From the NCBI GenBank assembly GCA_964016885.1, contig OZ024740.1:328104001-328168000 (forward strand): a stretch of DNA of 64,000 bases, given 5' to 3'. Position 1 is the stretch's first letter. Each line of letters starts with the position of its first letter. The DNA comes from Eledone cirrhosa. Taxonomy: Eukaryota. Below the pieces are notes generated by a model. The model did no database searches. It had not been told where the DNA came from and was given only the letters and a program-made list of their open reading frames with translations. The position numbers and the translations under genes were made by a program. Positions 15,432-31,880 of the stretch are shown piece by piece.

Positions 15432-16519
15432 GTATATATATATCATATACATGTAGGTCTGTCTCTCTCTGTGTATATATAGTGATATGCCTGTCTGGGT
15501 GTAATCAGACACACTGACTGACTGTTCAGACTTCTCTGCTGAATTGACTGATAAATGATAGACTGAGGAAATACTTTTGCAGTCTTTTTAACTTGGCATG
15601 TTTCCAACCTTCTACTATTTACATCTAAAAACAGTTGTCTGTTTTTGCTGCAGTTGTTACGTAGCCCGAGGTTAATCCCGATTCAGTAGATTTAACCGTG
15701 AGCTGTGAATCGGTTTATGGGGAAATGTAAGGACTACATTATCCAACGTGTCCTTTCGTTATTCAAAACGCGAGGGCTTATCGTTGAAGGAAATTTGACA
15801 GCTATTTCTAGCAAGTCGAACGATCATCCATTTCATTAGTCTGGTAATGAAATAATAAGCTAAGACTTCAACACTCGTAATTGGTTTCATGTCTGTTCAG
15901 AAGATGTAGTCCAGCTTTTCGAACAACTTTCAGCACGTGTTTGTACCTTAACATAATGTATGCATGTGCATGCATGCATGGTCTCGTAACTCCTAAAGGA
16001 ATCAAAGGGGCACCATATTGACATACGCTATTTCTTGGAAATTTAAAACCTGGCAGAGCACAGGTCTGAATTCAGCAAATTTCCTCCAGAGAATGATAGA
16101 GTGAAAGAATGGAAATATAGAAGAAGAATCAATCTCAGTACTAGAATTGTATATTTTTATCGACCTCGAAAAAATAAAAGGCAAAGTTGACCTCGGGAAC
16201 ATTTGAACTGAGAGAACAGAGAGCCAGAACGACTGACTGCCACAAAGTATTCTTTCCGACTTTCTAATGACTCTACCAGTTTTCCGCCTCACCCTTAATG
16301 TAATACTCAGGTATTATTGAGGCAACACAGTATGGGAGTAAGGTACCCCTTTGAATTATAGATATAGTCTACCTGCGAGGCTTTCTCGCTGTTTCTGTTT
16401 CCCGCTGTACTATTATGTAAGTGATGTAATCCGTAGATACTTGTACTTTTAACGTAATCCTCAGGTAGACTCAGCGGGATACAGTGTGACAAGACTTTTC
16501 CTTTGAATTACAGGAAATC

Positions 16520-17070
16520 CACATGCTTTACGTCAAGGGAGAAACACCAGCCAAAGGAATACTGGTAACTGGCGCCAAGCTGTCTGAGAGTGACAGAGTG
16601 AAAAGTTATGTCAGCGATTGGGTCTACTTCAAATTCTACTGCCGGAAACATGTGGAGAATCGATTAACGAACTGCCTAAAGAGATCTGAACTCCTTGCCA
16701 GAATATCAAGACGAGGCTACATTATTAGACAATACCAATCTCGTTGCAATAGTAACAACCAATACAAAACTACGACCTCAGTCGCTGTCGAATGAGAGCA
16801 GAGAAAGATAGAACAGGCGGCTCTCAGACTATCGATACCAATGTATCAGGTAAAAAGAATTCATTCAACAAATATACGCTGGAATAATAGAGAACTGCCA
16901 CACATCACAAATTGCAGTATTTTAAAAGAGACAAACGTATCTGAAACATCTAAAGACGTATACTTTAGTGAGACACCAAGACACCGCAGAGGAGAGCTGG
17001 ATGTGTTAAGATACATATTCTGTTACCTAGAACATCAAGAGTATACATCCTGTACGTCCGACGCCTAGTT
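16520..17070 (+). pseudogene. Highly degenerate RTE-like C-terminal relic
   Basis: NIRWNNR..ITNCSILKETNV. Confidence 0.35.
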
Positions 17071-17920
17071 GTTAAACAGAGCATAATAAGTATCTGTTTG
17101 TGTAAAGGAGATTTAATTCCAAAGTTCTCAAAGAAGGCCATCTTGGTCATCTGCCTGCATTTTTGTATGCCTCCAATCATTTTGGCTTCTTTTGCTGTTA
17201 GTCCACGAAATCAGAAGGATGAGAATGAAAAATGGTCGTTCAGCGTAGCCCTCCTTCGCTTCAATCCATAACCAGTGCAAGTCAAGTCTCGAACTTCTTG
17301 AAACATCAAATATATAGTGGACCTTTTGTTACGCTGATCGAGATATTACGGGCGTCTTCGAAAATGAAATACTGCCACTTCAGTAGTTTCCTCGCGTGTA
17401 TGGGTGCACAGAAGGTGTAATATGGGTAAGAGTAATCGCAGTTGTCCTTATACCTTCTCGGTTGTGATATTACCCTAGTAGTGCTCCCCAAATTGGGTTC
17501 TTCGTGATAACCATTCTTTTAATAAGATTATTATTAAAAATCATTATGTAATTTTTCACATTAGTAAATTGATCCCTCAAAACAATCTTTGAAATTAGAG
17601 TGGTGGGGATTGGGTGATTATACAGATAAGGGTTCTGCAATTTTGGGAAAATCGTATAAGCATACCGCTATAATATTAGCCTGAAAACCACTGTCCTACT
17701 ATAAAGAAATAGTGCAGACAAAGTCACAATATGTAAGAGAGAGGGAGAGGCTCACTCGATTCAATACGACATAACATACGACTAACACTTTCTTTAGCGA
17801 CCTTGAAGCAATGATAAGTTAATGTAGGCAGAATTTGAAAACCGTATTACAAAGGGACGTAACTAAATACCAAAAAGGCATTTTGTTCAGCACCCTAACG
17901 TTTTTCTCATACTTCACCTT

Positions 17921-17921
<1 letters not shown>

Positions 17922-17998
<77 letters not shown>

Positions 17999-18251
17999 CG
18001 ATGAGGATGATGGTCACAATGATAATAATGATTGTGATGATGAATGTGACGATAATGATGACAACGATGATGTTTTGGGATGGTTGATGATGACGTTGAT
18101 GATGATAACGGGGATCCTCATTCTCATTATCATCATTACGATGATTGTGATAACGATGCTGGGTGATGATGATGATGATGATGATGATAATGATGTTCAT
18201 GATGTCGATGAAGACGATAGCGATGATAGTGACGATGGAGAAGGTGATAGC

Positions 18252-18282
<31 letters not shown>

Positions 18283-18410
18283 GTAACTATGATGATGGTG
18301 ATGATGATGGTGGAAGGGACAAATTATTATGAACTTCTGCTGCAGATGATGATATCGATGATGTTGGTGATGATAGTGATGCAAATGCTGCTGATGATGG
18401 TAATAATTGA
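17922..18410. repeat. Compound trinucleotide repeat (ACT)n(AAT)n(GAT)n
   Basis: Seen directly. Confidence 0.95.
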
Positions 18411-19864
18411 AGGGAATACTTACTTGTATTTAGCACATCTATATCCGGTACAGTGGTGCCAGTTTCTCGATAGGTAAGTTTCATGTCCACTAACTTCCAA
18501 ACACGGCATTAGGCGACTCCGGAAATATGGACACCAGCGACTAGTGGGAAAGAAAGAATATGTTGGTTAGTTAATAGGTAAGCATTATATGTTTGATGGG
18601 GATAATAATTTTAGCAAGAGTTGTAACGTATCTAGAGAAGGGTGGTACAAATGCTCACTATTGAGTATCCATTCTTTTCTTAGGCATGATTTGAACCCTG
18701 AGAGTCAGAACAAATACTGCAAGACATTCTATCTGAGACGCTCTAATGAATCTACCAATTTACTGCCTTTACAGTACATCACTGAGACTAATTTCATCGG
18801 TCTTGGAACAATGAACTGGTGGAATTTGAACACAGAATGTAAAACGATGCAGCAAAATATGGCATGACATTTAATCCGAAACTCTGTTTTCCTTTCTAAA
18901 TCTCTTTTAGTTGTTGTGATTACTATTTAGTCCTATGTTGGTCCTCGTTCACATGACACATGATTAAAGGCTTTCTAATCGTGAACATCACATCGTTTCC
19001 CTTGAGATATTGTATTTAAGACTACACTATTACATTATTATATATACACGTTTTTTTTATGACAGCCGGGTGTGATTTGGCTACTGGTTCTAGCTGGTAG
19101 AGCGACCTTATAGAACCCCCCCCCCCCCTGGCACTTTTTCCTCGTAGTCATATTCATTTCTTAGTTTACGAACCATTGAAGGATTTCTTTGTATCTACTA
19201 TTGGCGAATCAGTGGGTCGGTGGCAGGTTTTCAGTGTAGCATATTTAACAGTGCCAGCAAACAAAGAGAGGCAGTCTGCCAAGTCATTCTATCTACTAGA
19301 AATAATTGTTTCTACTTTTGGCACAAGGTCAGCAATTACCCAGTTCATTACTGGTACTTTATTTTATCGACCAAGTAAGGATGAAAGGCAAAGTTGATAG
19401 AAATAATAAACAAATATCACTGAAATCACAAACGCCTGCCTTGAATATTGCAGGACACATTATATAGCACAATTCCTGTTACACAACAGTGTAGGATGGC
19501 CACAGATGGAATGCCTTTGATCATAGAGATGCTCTATCAATATAGAAATGCGACTAAACATCAACAGCTAGAATGGCTTCATACGAAAGCAATATTCACC
19601 AGCTAGATAACAGCCAACGTTTTCACAAATCTTTTATAGTAATTATATGCAACACATCAATAATGTAGGCTTACACACCACCAACAAACATTCATGCACA
19701 CATGTATGTCTGCTGAACCTTCGTCTGTACAGATGACGAGACTTCCAGTTGTTTGGACAACGTAACAGACTTCTCATGAAATCAACGTGAAAGTGATTGA
19801 GCATTCACGTACGTACTCGTGCGCACGTATGTATGTAGCTATATAAGTATGTATGTGTTTGTAA

Positions 19865-22216
<2,352 letters not shown>

Positions 22217-22263
22217 TGGAGAAAAAATTTACGAAATGGAAATGCGGGTATATAGAATTTATT

Positions 22264-22380
22264 AGGTAACAATTGTTTCTATAGTGTATGAGTTACCTAT
22301 ACCTCGCTATTTGAATAATACACAAATATTATCAAAAACCGAAAGTACACTGTAAGCCAACACACCATGTCATCAGACCT
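22264..22380 (-). ncRNA. Type I hammerhead ribozyme with long stem II in the PLE 3' repeat
   Basis: Sense strand: AGGU-CUGAUGA-[c auggugug ... uacacuau a; ~90 nt]-GAAAC-AAUU-GUU-ACCU; stem I AGGU/ACCU. Confidence 0.75.
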
Positions 22381-22718
22381 TTGTATTAGAATGATATGAA
22401 AATATTTTATACACTAGATAAAAGATAAAGAAGGAGGTAGGAAGAGAAGGGGTAGAGGGAAGTGAGTAAGGTGGAGGGAGTCTTAGGGTTTAAGATTGTC
22501 AGACTAGTAGAGATTGTGAAGAGAGAATGCTTTGGCAGCAGTTAGCTTAATGAGGCGTGCTAAGGTTGGCTGGGAAGTAGATACTTCTAGTGGTGTTGTT
22601 CGGACAAAATTTAGTTAGAGGGGTCAAAGTGGTACAATGTCACAGACAAGTTATTAGTGCTATTATAGTAGCAGGTTATTTCTAAAGGGGTCCAGAAAAA
22701 CAGTGTTTAGTACTATTA

Positions 22719-24633
22719 TTATAGAAAGCCATATCTAGTGTATAAAACATATAAGACAGAAATTTGCAAACGTTGGTGTAAAAAGGTAACATTATATGCA
22801 TTTAAAAAAGAAAAAGTCGTTTTCAAACGATGGTTACAGTACAGTGAACGTTCAATTTTGCTGTTCAAAAGTTTGTTTACCGACGTTAAAATGCAGTATA
22901 TCTCTAAATTGCATAACTTGCAGAATCGATGATTTTGCTGATATGCAGGCGCAGCTGCAATAATTTGCCAATCAAGGGAGAATGCTTGATTGTTCCTCCG
23001 AAGCTGCCAGGCTTTGTCGGCGAGGGTTGTTACGGAGCGCATTTTCTCGTGCCTGATCGAAGATCGATGTTGGTATAGGCGAGCCTTGAAAGAAGTTGCG
23101 GTACATCCGACGTAATACCATTTGTTGGTCCCGGAATTTATTGTACACCGTAGACAATATTGCGTGCTAGGCACTGGTTATTCAGTGGGCACGTACCTGG
23201 TTTGGTGCAGTTACAACTATTTTTATGTTTTGCAGTAGAATCCTGGATAGTTTGGTGGGGTTGCGGTTGCGTGTTAGTGCGTTGCATGTTGCTATGCTGG
23301 TGCGCTGAGTCATTAGGGATGTACTTATTCAGTATTGCTGAGTTGAGTTTTCTAATTAGTTGTTCTATGTTAGGTGCAGTGGAGTATGAGAGTCTAATGG
23401 TGCGCGAGTTAAAGATTTTATAGTATTTATGTGAAGTTGTAAAGTGTTTATTGATTAGTGTATAGAATTGTGAGATAATCTTAGTGCTAATAGAAGAATT
23501 GTACACGGGGTTATACCATATGTACTCTCTACGTCTGACTCTATTTGCTGGTTTGCACCTGTTAGTATGCCTATTGATGTGTGTGTGTGGTGCAATACTA
23601 GTTCGACTTAGATGTGTTTTATTCATAGTACTTATGTGGTTATCGTCTAGATATTCAATTTTCTCGCAGTAACCAGCTTTTCTAAGTGCGTCATTATAAT
23701 ATTCAGCATGCTCGTTGAAGGTCTGCAAATTAGACGACAGTCGGGAGATCCTTATGGATATATTTTTAGGGATAGATTTAATAATGGAATGAGGATGGTT
23801 CGATTTTACATTAACGTACTTAAGATTTTCATTAAGTTTGTGAAATGGCTCTATATTACCGTTATTAAGGTTGAAGGTAACATCCAAGAAGTTGACCACC
23901 TTAAGATTGTGTTCGAAGGTAATATTAAGCCCTAGTTCTAAGAAAAGTTTCCTAATGTTTTTACGTCGCCTTTCTAGGTTTTGTTTGTTCATATTCTTGA
24001 CTAATAGAAGTGTATCGTCGCGGTATATTCCGCCGTGGAGGTCCGTAAATTCGCTCAGGAGTCTATGGGTTATATAGATCCCAACTAAATCCGTGACCTC
24101 CGCCGAATCATTAGAACCCATCGTAATGTCGAATTCCGAGGGTCTATCCCTGCGGACCCAATAACTATTTTCAAAGTGCACTACTGTGCGTCTAGCTTCA
24201 AGTATAATATTAATTTCCTCGTTTGTGAGGTCCGAGTTAGTCTTAGCGAAAGAGAGGGCCTTATGCAGGGTTTCGGGTGAAATAGAGGAATAGTATTCAT
24301 CTATATCGAATTGAATAAAAGAAGATTTGTTTTTGTCCCTAATGTTATTGAACCCATCTTATTGCCTGATGAGTATTACCCCATAATTTAATATCTACCT
24401 TAGCCTTAACTTGGGGGATAATACGATCTAATATGTACTTACTAATCCTACCTATATCGGACTTTGAAGGACATATTAATCTAATTTTAGGGTTAGTATC
24501 GAAGTTATCCTTATGGTCCTTCAGATTAAAAGTCGGTGTAGCTGGGGATAGGGGTACCGTTCTGTCGTCAATTTTCAGTTTCCTAACAATATCACATGCT
24601 GCGTTATTAATGTTGGTTAGTGTAGTTGCGTTT
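22719..24633 (-). pseudogene. Penelope-like element polyprotein (reverse transcriptase + C-terminal GIY-YIG endonuclease), 5'-truncated, two frameshifts (~24354, ~23150)
   Basis: Three frames join into one PLE ORF: KDHKDNFDTNPKIRLICPSKSDIGRISK; FIQFDIDEYYSSIS (motif A, translated by hand ~24280-24325); ITMGSNDSAEVTDLVG; IYRDD; VNFLDVTFNL; SNHP; CNCTKPGTCPLNNQCLARNIVY; YVGCTATSFKARLYQH; CKLCNLE. YRDD, the CxC linker and the TA target resemble the Hydra clade (from recall; needs phylogeny). Confidence 0.93.
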
Positions 24634-24654
24634 GTATATATATATATATATGTA

Positions 24655-24699
<45 letters not shown>

Positions 24700-24702
24700 T
24701 AT

Positions 24703-24770
<68 letters not shown>

Positions 24771-24771
<1 letters not shown>

Positions 24772-25396
24772 GGAGAAGAAGTTTATGAAACGGAAATGCG
24801 GGTATAAAGAATTTATTAGGTAACAATTTTTTCTATAGTGTATGGGTTACCTATACCTCACTATTTGAATAATATAAAAATATTATCATAAACTGAAGGT
24901 ACACTGCAAGCAAACACACCATGTCGTCAGACCTTTGTATTGGAATGATATGAAAATATTTTATACACTAGATAAAAGAGAAAGAAGGAGGTAGGAAGAG
25001 AAGGGGAAGAGGGAAGTTAGTAAGGGGGAGGGAGTCCTAGGATTTAGGACTGTCAGACTAGTAGAGATTGTAAGGAGAGAATGTTTTGGCAGCAGTTAGC
25101 TTAATGAGGCGTGTTAAGGTTGGCGGGGAGGAGTAAAATTCTTCTAGTGGTGTTGTTTGGACAACATTTAGTTAGAGGGGTCAAAGTGGTACAGAGTTAC
25201 AGACAAGTTATTGGGGCTATTATAGTAGCAGGTTATTTCTAAAGGGGTCCAGAAAAAAATGTTTGGTACTATTATTATAGAAAGCCATATCTTGTGTATA
25301 AACATATAAAACAGAAATTTGCAAATGGTGGTGTAAAAAGGTAACATTACATGCATTTAAAAAAAGAAAAAAGTCGTTTTCAAACGATGGTTACAG
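24771..25396 (-). mobile_element. Second, diverged copy of the PLE 3' end (end of endonuclease ORF + 3' UTR), running into the assembly gap
   Basis: Colinear direct repeat of 22217-~22840 with scattered substitutions and the same 3' terminus. Confidence 0.92.
24818..24934 (-). ncRNA. Hammerhead homologue in the second PLE 3' copy (stem III pair lost)
   Basis: AGGU-CUGACGA...GAAAA-AAUU-GUU-ACCU. Confidence 0.55.
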
Positions 25397-25596
25397 NNNN
25401 NNNNNNNNNNNNNNNNNNNNNNNNNNNNNNNNNNNNNNNNNNNNNNNNNNNNNNNNNNNNNNNNNNNNNNNNNNNNNNNNNNNNNNNNNNNNNNNNNNNN
25501 NNNNNNNNNNNNNNNNNNNNNNNNNNNNNNNNNNNNNNNNNNNNNNNNNNNNNNNNNNNNNNNNNNNNNNNNNNNNNNNNNNNNNNNNNNNNNNNN
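25397..25596. other. Assembly gap (200 N)
   Basis: N run. Confidence 1.
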
Positions 25597-27190
<1,594 letters not shown>

Positions 27191-27919
27191 TGTGTGCGTG
27201 TTTCTTTTATATTACTGCCTCTTACTTCAACTCATATGCCTTCTTCTTTCTTTTTCATTCTGTCTTTTCTTTCTCTTTCACATAAAATTGAGTTTTATTG
27301 TTTTTATTGTTGAAGAATTCCGGCTCTTTGCCTTCACAGTTCAAATTATTCTATGACCCACTTGGACGGTAGCCTTAATCGGTCACCCGGTTTAACACCA
27401 CCACCTGGTCCTTAGGTGCAAGAGAAGTAACTATCATTCACATGGCGTGATTTCACCCAAAGCTATGGTAAATGTTACGCTGTGGGTTCGAACGCGGGAA
27501 TATATAATTGCATACACCGGGATACGAACACTCGTATGTAAACACTTACGTACGTATTTGATGGCTACAACTCGGTTTCGAATAATGCCATCGCCTGATA
27601 CTTAAGTATGAGCATCAAGGACGTGGCTTTTTAGACCTGTTATGGACATGCCTTTGGCCAGCAATACCATGCATCACAAAAAATGTCATATATCAAGCGA
27701 TGCCAGTGCTTAAAGGTTTTTTAAGTGAGAAAAGGCTTTGTACGGGGTCCATTCACACTCTCTGAATATCGCAAGCATTTGCTCCTAAAGAAGAACTGGT
27801 CTCCATCTTTGGATGCAAACGAAGTAGCAGGTTTTATCTCTTAGAGAGATGTCTTAATGTAATGAAGACTAGAAGTTTCTCACTCCACAAATATACTACA
27901 TACATGCTTGCATAGATGC

Positions 27920-28051
<132 letters not shown>

Positions 28052-28581
28052 AGTGAATCGTCAGAGTATCGAACAAAATATTTTATTGTAAGTATTTCGA
28101 CTCCTTACGTTCAAATCGTGCTATGGTTAACCTTGCTTTTCATCCATTTAGGGTCGATAAAATAAAGTTCCAGGAAAGAATTTTTTTGGTGTGTGTGTGT
28201 TGGGGGGGGGGGGGGGGGGCATATAATTGAGTTTCCCATCAGCCAAAATTGCTTGCCTTTTGCCTATATTAAAAACCATTATTACACTCAAGTGGATAAC
28301 AGTCATTGTCATTTTTTATGTTAGGAAATTGAAAGTGTTACTAAGGTAAATGGTGTTTATTATTTTATTACTATAGTTTTCTCATACATTTGACACTTGC
28401 AATGATTTGCACACGTAATGTAACACCTGGTATAGATAAAATAAATCATGGTCTATAAACATTTACAAATCCTATTGTACAGTCACACAAACCCCAAATA
28501 TTCGCGGAACATAAAAATCGACAATAGACTTTTCAGTCGTGTAATCAAATGATTGCATATAAACATATGGTGATGTGTTAT

Positions 28582-28697
<116 letters not shown>

Positions 28698-28851
28698 GTG
28701 TGTGTGTGTGTACGCCTGAGTATAAGTATCTATTATAAGTATCTATTATAAAATACCGACACACCTTGAAATTTATTTATAAACTTTGAATCTCTCGCCA
28801 TTAACACTATGAGGTGTATATATATATACATATATATATACACACACACAT

Positions 28852-28893
<42 letters not shown>

Positions 28894-30741
28894 TAGATAT
28901 ACAAATATATATATTATATAACCTGACATCAAATATGATCGTTATCCAGGTAGTCACGCGACAATCCCAACAAGACGATACCCCCATCACAGCGGCCACC
29001 ACGACGACCCCATTCACTTCCACTACGATTGCCACCACCGAATACAGCCACGACATAGCTACCAGTTACAAGTATTCATTTGATGCTAAATCAAGATGTT
29101 ATTTGCCGTCATATCTTTTTGACATTCGATAGTTTTCAGATTGGCACGAGGCCAAAGGACATAGTAAATTACACACTATATGACTCAGCAGCTCCTTTAT
29201 TTCAGATTCTATACAAATATATCCCAGACATATCGTAGAATCTTTTAAACGAGGAAATCTGTGATGTAGGTATTTACTTCCGTCTCGTGTTTTCTTTCAC
29301 CCTTGTGTCTTCTTTCTTTCCTCTATTTCTTTATGTTTCACTAATCGGCAATTTGTACGATAATCTTGTCTAAGATGTTGGTAAGAAAAGACAGACAAAC
29401 ACCCTCACATATCAAACGTTTCTTAGGTTGCAGGCTATCTTATTACTCGAATATATGAAATACATTTCAACATAGGTTCTGTTCTAACAATAAAACACTA
29501 GCGAAATAGCTTGACGGCTGGGAAAGAACAATCAATCATCACGAAACCTTCCCTTCACGACCACCTCCTGTGAGTGTGTGTTGGACCTCCGTCTGTTCCG
29601 ACGACGTGTGCTCCAACGGAACAGCCTGATCATGAAATTAACGTGCAAATGGCTGAGTACATTTAACGTAGTTCCGATGAGATCAGAGTGACACTGGGTG
29701 CGTCAAGTTTGACCAATTAAATTATAAATAGAAGACATTTTTGCCAGTTGAGTGAACTGGAGCAACGTGAAACAAAGTATCGTGTTCAAGGACTCAGCGT
29801 GCTGCGGAGAATCGAAGTTATGATCTTACAATCGTGAGCCAAACACCCTCAACACAAGTCACGCGGCGCTGTTACCATCACCACCTCTACCACTATGACC
29901 ACCAACGCAACCACCATTCCTACCAATATGTAATGGGCCCTTAATGTTTCGACTTCGAAAAGATGACAGGCAATATTGCCCTCGGCGGGATTTGAACTCA
30001 CATTGCTGTGAGCCAGAACAAATAATATAGCATTTCAATCTGACCTAATGACTCTGGAAATTCGCTGCTTTGCAACCACGATAGCAACAACAAAACATCA
30101 ATCCACGCCATCAGGAACACTAGTGTCAATGCCACCAACACCAGTACCACCGCCACCATCACCACCATCTTAATCATCACCTATAAGTGGAGCTAGCTGT
30201 ATGTTGAAGATATGTTTTTAGTGTGTTTAAGGTTATCACACATCTTGTGATGGACTGAGCAAGAAGAAGAAGAAGAAGAAGAAGAAGAAGAAGAAGAAGA
30301 AGAAGAAGAAGAAGAAGAAGAAGAAGAAGAAAAATAAGAAGGTGGTGGTGAGAGAAATAAAGATATCACCTATTATTTTTATCGTGGTCAATCTATTTAA
30401 TTAACCCAGTTGATAGAAAATCGCCCGAAAACACCGTTGGTTCTACAATACACAACTGTTTATTTTAAAATGTTTATATGTATCTAAAATCTTACCTTCG
30501 TAATCTCATGTAAAGAGCCTTGATGAAATATGCTTCAAACACCAGCTTAATAATATATTACACAATCACTACAAATTCTTGATTATTTTCAAAATTATTT
30601 GAAAATCATAGACAGTGTATTTCATATCCCAAGGCTTGCCCTGTTTGAGCAGATCTATGATTAAAAGTGTTCTGTCTGTAACTATCCTATTTTTGCTTGG
30701 GCAATGTTTTATATATGGCGCTACATTATACCGTATGTCTT

Positions 30742-30878
30742 CAGTGGCGTCCTAATACAGGGGAACATTGTGTAGTTGTCTGAGTCCAATAGAAATGTGT
30801 ATATGCTGTGGTTGCGCATATATTGACTCCAATGCATTACTTTGTCTGGGGTTTACAGTGCTGTTAAGATGATCATGT
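30742..30878. mobile_element. Possible degenerate MITE
   Basis: Weak TIR cagtggcgtcctaa / ttaagatgatcatg. Confidence 0.3.
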
Positions 30879-31489
30879 GTAGCTACTATTTTTCTAAGAC
30901 AATCAAATCATATGAAGGGGGTTTTGTTGCTATTCCTAGCAGTTCTTGTGACCTTGTCAAGGCTGTCTTTTTGACTCGCATTACCATAGTAAAATTGACA
31001 AGTAATTCGTCAATTTGAAGTGCTGTGTATACTCAGCCAGGGTTCGATCCAAGGCTGACTTAATGGCATGGAAATCCTTGGCAACCACCATGCCTAGAGA
31101 CAGTGAAGAAACGCGAAAAAAAACAACAAACTAATTATCATTAACTACAGATCTGTAAACTCTCCCTGCCCAACGGGGAGATCTAGTACCCACTCTGGGG
31201 TGAGAGATGTCTTCTCTTGTGAAAATGGGTATAGCTTTCATTATGTAAAATCTCTCTATTTTGCCTAATTTCTCCTCGTTTTGGGGCACTTATTTTACGG
31301 TGCTCCCCATTTGGGTTTTTAGAGGTTGGCGGATTTGTAACTATGCCAGGGATAATATTGATTTAGATATGAACTAAATATCTTACAAGTAAATTTGTGT
31401 TAACAGATTTTATACATGAATATTAAAAAAACCTAATAAAAATATGTAGTGAGGAAAAAAAAGTAAACGATATTAGTCACGAATCGCTC

Positions 31490-31880
31490 AGGCATATTGT
31501 GTTGGTAAGGAGTTCGTATCACTACCACATGGTTTCGGGTTCATTCCTAGTGCATGGCACCTTGAGAAAATGTGATTACCTATAGCCTATGGCGGGTTGA
31601 TGAATGCCTCGTGAATGAAATTTGATAGAAGGGAACAGCAGAATCCCGTGGTATATAGATTGCGATAGATCGGTAGATAGATGTGTGTCAGTACCCGTGT
31701 TTATGTTTGTGTCTGTGACTGTGTTCATGATTTATGACAAAAAGGGATAGATAAAATAAGTAATAAGTACTAGGCCAGAAAAACGTACTGAGGTCGACAT
31801 GATCGACTAAATCCCTTTAATGCAAAAGCCCATATAACCACAATCAAAAGTGTGAAACCAATAAACCAGTAAAAAATACA
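31490..31880 (+). mobile_element. Degenerate CORE-type SINE
   Basis: tRNA-like head, ggcaccttgagaaaatgt core remnant, tail ending gaaaccaataaa. Confidence 0.55.

Larger units (their letters stand above)
22217..24633 (-). mobile_element. Penelope-like retroelement, whole copy including ~500 bp 3' UTR/pseudo-LTR, flanked by (TA)n on both sides
   Basis: ORF plus 3' region 22217-22718, bounded directly by TA tracts. Confidence 0.9.

Noticed and set aside
17090-17500. Coding-like GC-richer segment
   Set aside because: Interrupted by stops and no family could be recognised.
17835-18490. Asp/Thr/Asn-rich ORF; Pro/His/Thr-rich ORFs at 59450-60231
   Set aside because: Trinucleotide low-complexity sequence with no domain or splice evidence.
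19720-19810. AUGACGAG...GUAAC with TTGAGCAT
   Set aside because: Homologous to the CORE-SINE 3' region (29585-29660, 63400-63480), not a PLE end.
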